From positions 254,006,224 through 254,070,223 of the forward strand of contig NC_058132.1 of the NCBI RefSeq assembly GCF_016433145.1: DNA of 64,000 nucleotides, written 5' to 3'. Under the pieces are notes generated by a model that had not been told where the DNA came from, did no database searches, and saw only the letters and a program-made list of their open reading frames with translations. This DNA is from Gracilinanus agilis (lineage: Eukaryota). A program made the translations under genes and the position numbers. Shown in pieces: positions 63,409-64,000 of the stretch; within the stretch, counting starts at the first letter, position 1; each line of letters begins with the position of its first letter.

Positions 63409-64000
63409 GGCTTGCTCTGGCAGATAGAGATTAGTCTTGGAGCCAGGGAGACCTCTGACACATACTGATTTTGTGGTTCTGAGCAGGTTGTTTGACAAGT
63501 TAGTGCTCCAGGGAGCTTTCTAAGCTTGAAAATTGAAGAGCAGGTTCTAATCTGCATTGTTATATGGAGCCCCTTCTTTGGGAATTCCTTATAAAAATGA
63601 AATTATATGTCTTCTCAGTGAGTAGGGGAGGGAGAGAATCTAGATCTCAAAATTTAAAAAGAAAAGAATGTTAAACAGAAATGAAATAAAAAAAAGAAAT
63701 TATAGATCATTGCCCCCTGTTCCTAAATATCTGCTTATAATAATAGTTATTATTATTATTATCATTTATGTAGCATTTTAAGGATTGCAAAACTTTTTAT
63801 AAACATTTTCTCATTTTATACTCACAACTCTGAGAGGTAAGTGTTATTACTATACAAGTCTTACAGTTGAGGAAACTGAGGTAGATAGAGGTTAAATGAC
63901 TTGTCCAGTGTCCCACAGGATGGGTTTGAACTCAAGGTCTTCCTGTCCGCCACCTATCTGCCTCAAAACAGTGGTTTTGTTTTGTTTTGGTTTGGTTTTT

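Noticed and set aside
1-64000. CRISPR arrays, operons or other prokaryotic/defence systems
   Set aside because: Eukaryotic intron-exon gene with mammalian repeats; no repeat-spacer arrays seen.

Overview
This is vertebrate genomic DNA, 64 kb from the interior of the megalin gene LRP2 on the + strand. I located 29 consecutive coding exons by eye, all with GT-AG boundaries and compatible phases. They correspond to human exons 20-48 (numbering from my recollection of human LRP2), about 6.26 kb of CDS or roughly residues 924-3011. They encode the end of beta-propeller 2, LDL-A cluster II, propellers 3-6 with their EGF modules, and the start of LDL-A cluster III. The intronic repeats (SINE1_Mdo-type, MAR1-type and MIR-type CORE-SINEs, marsupial L1 3' ends, L2, RTE, hAT MITEs) point to a didelphid marsupial, probably Monodelphis (inference). 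There are two N gaps. I found no prokaryotic systems, CRISPR arrays, or rRNA/tRNA genes. Best leads: (1) a 15-nt in-frame microexon candidate at 11094-11108 that would add a 5-aa linker after LDL-A cluster II; (2) an 86%-identical, indel-free partial copy of exon 21 inserted in an L2 at 1738-1895, with an in-phase acceptor, a stop and an ATTAAA; (3) four local direct-orientation duplications 1.4-2.6 kb apart; (4) a hAT MITE with perfect TIRs and TSD nested in an RTE reverse transcriptase. All of this was done by eye; no alignment or database search was run.
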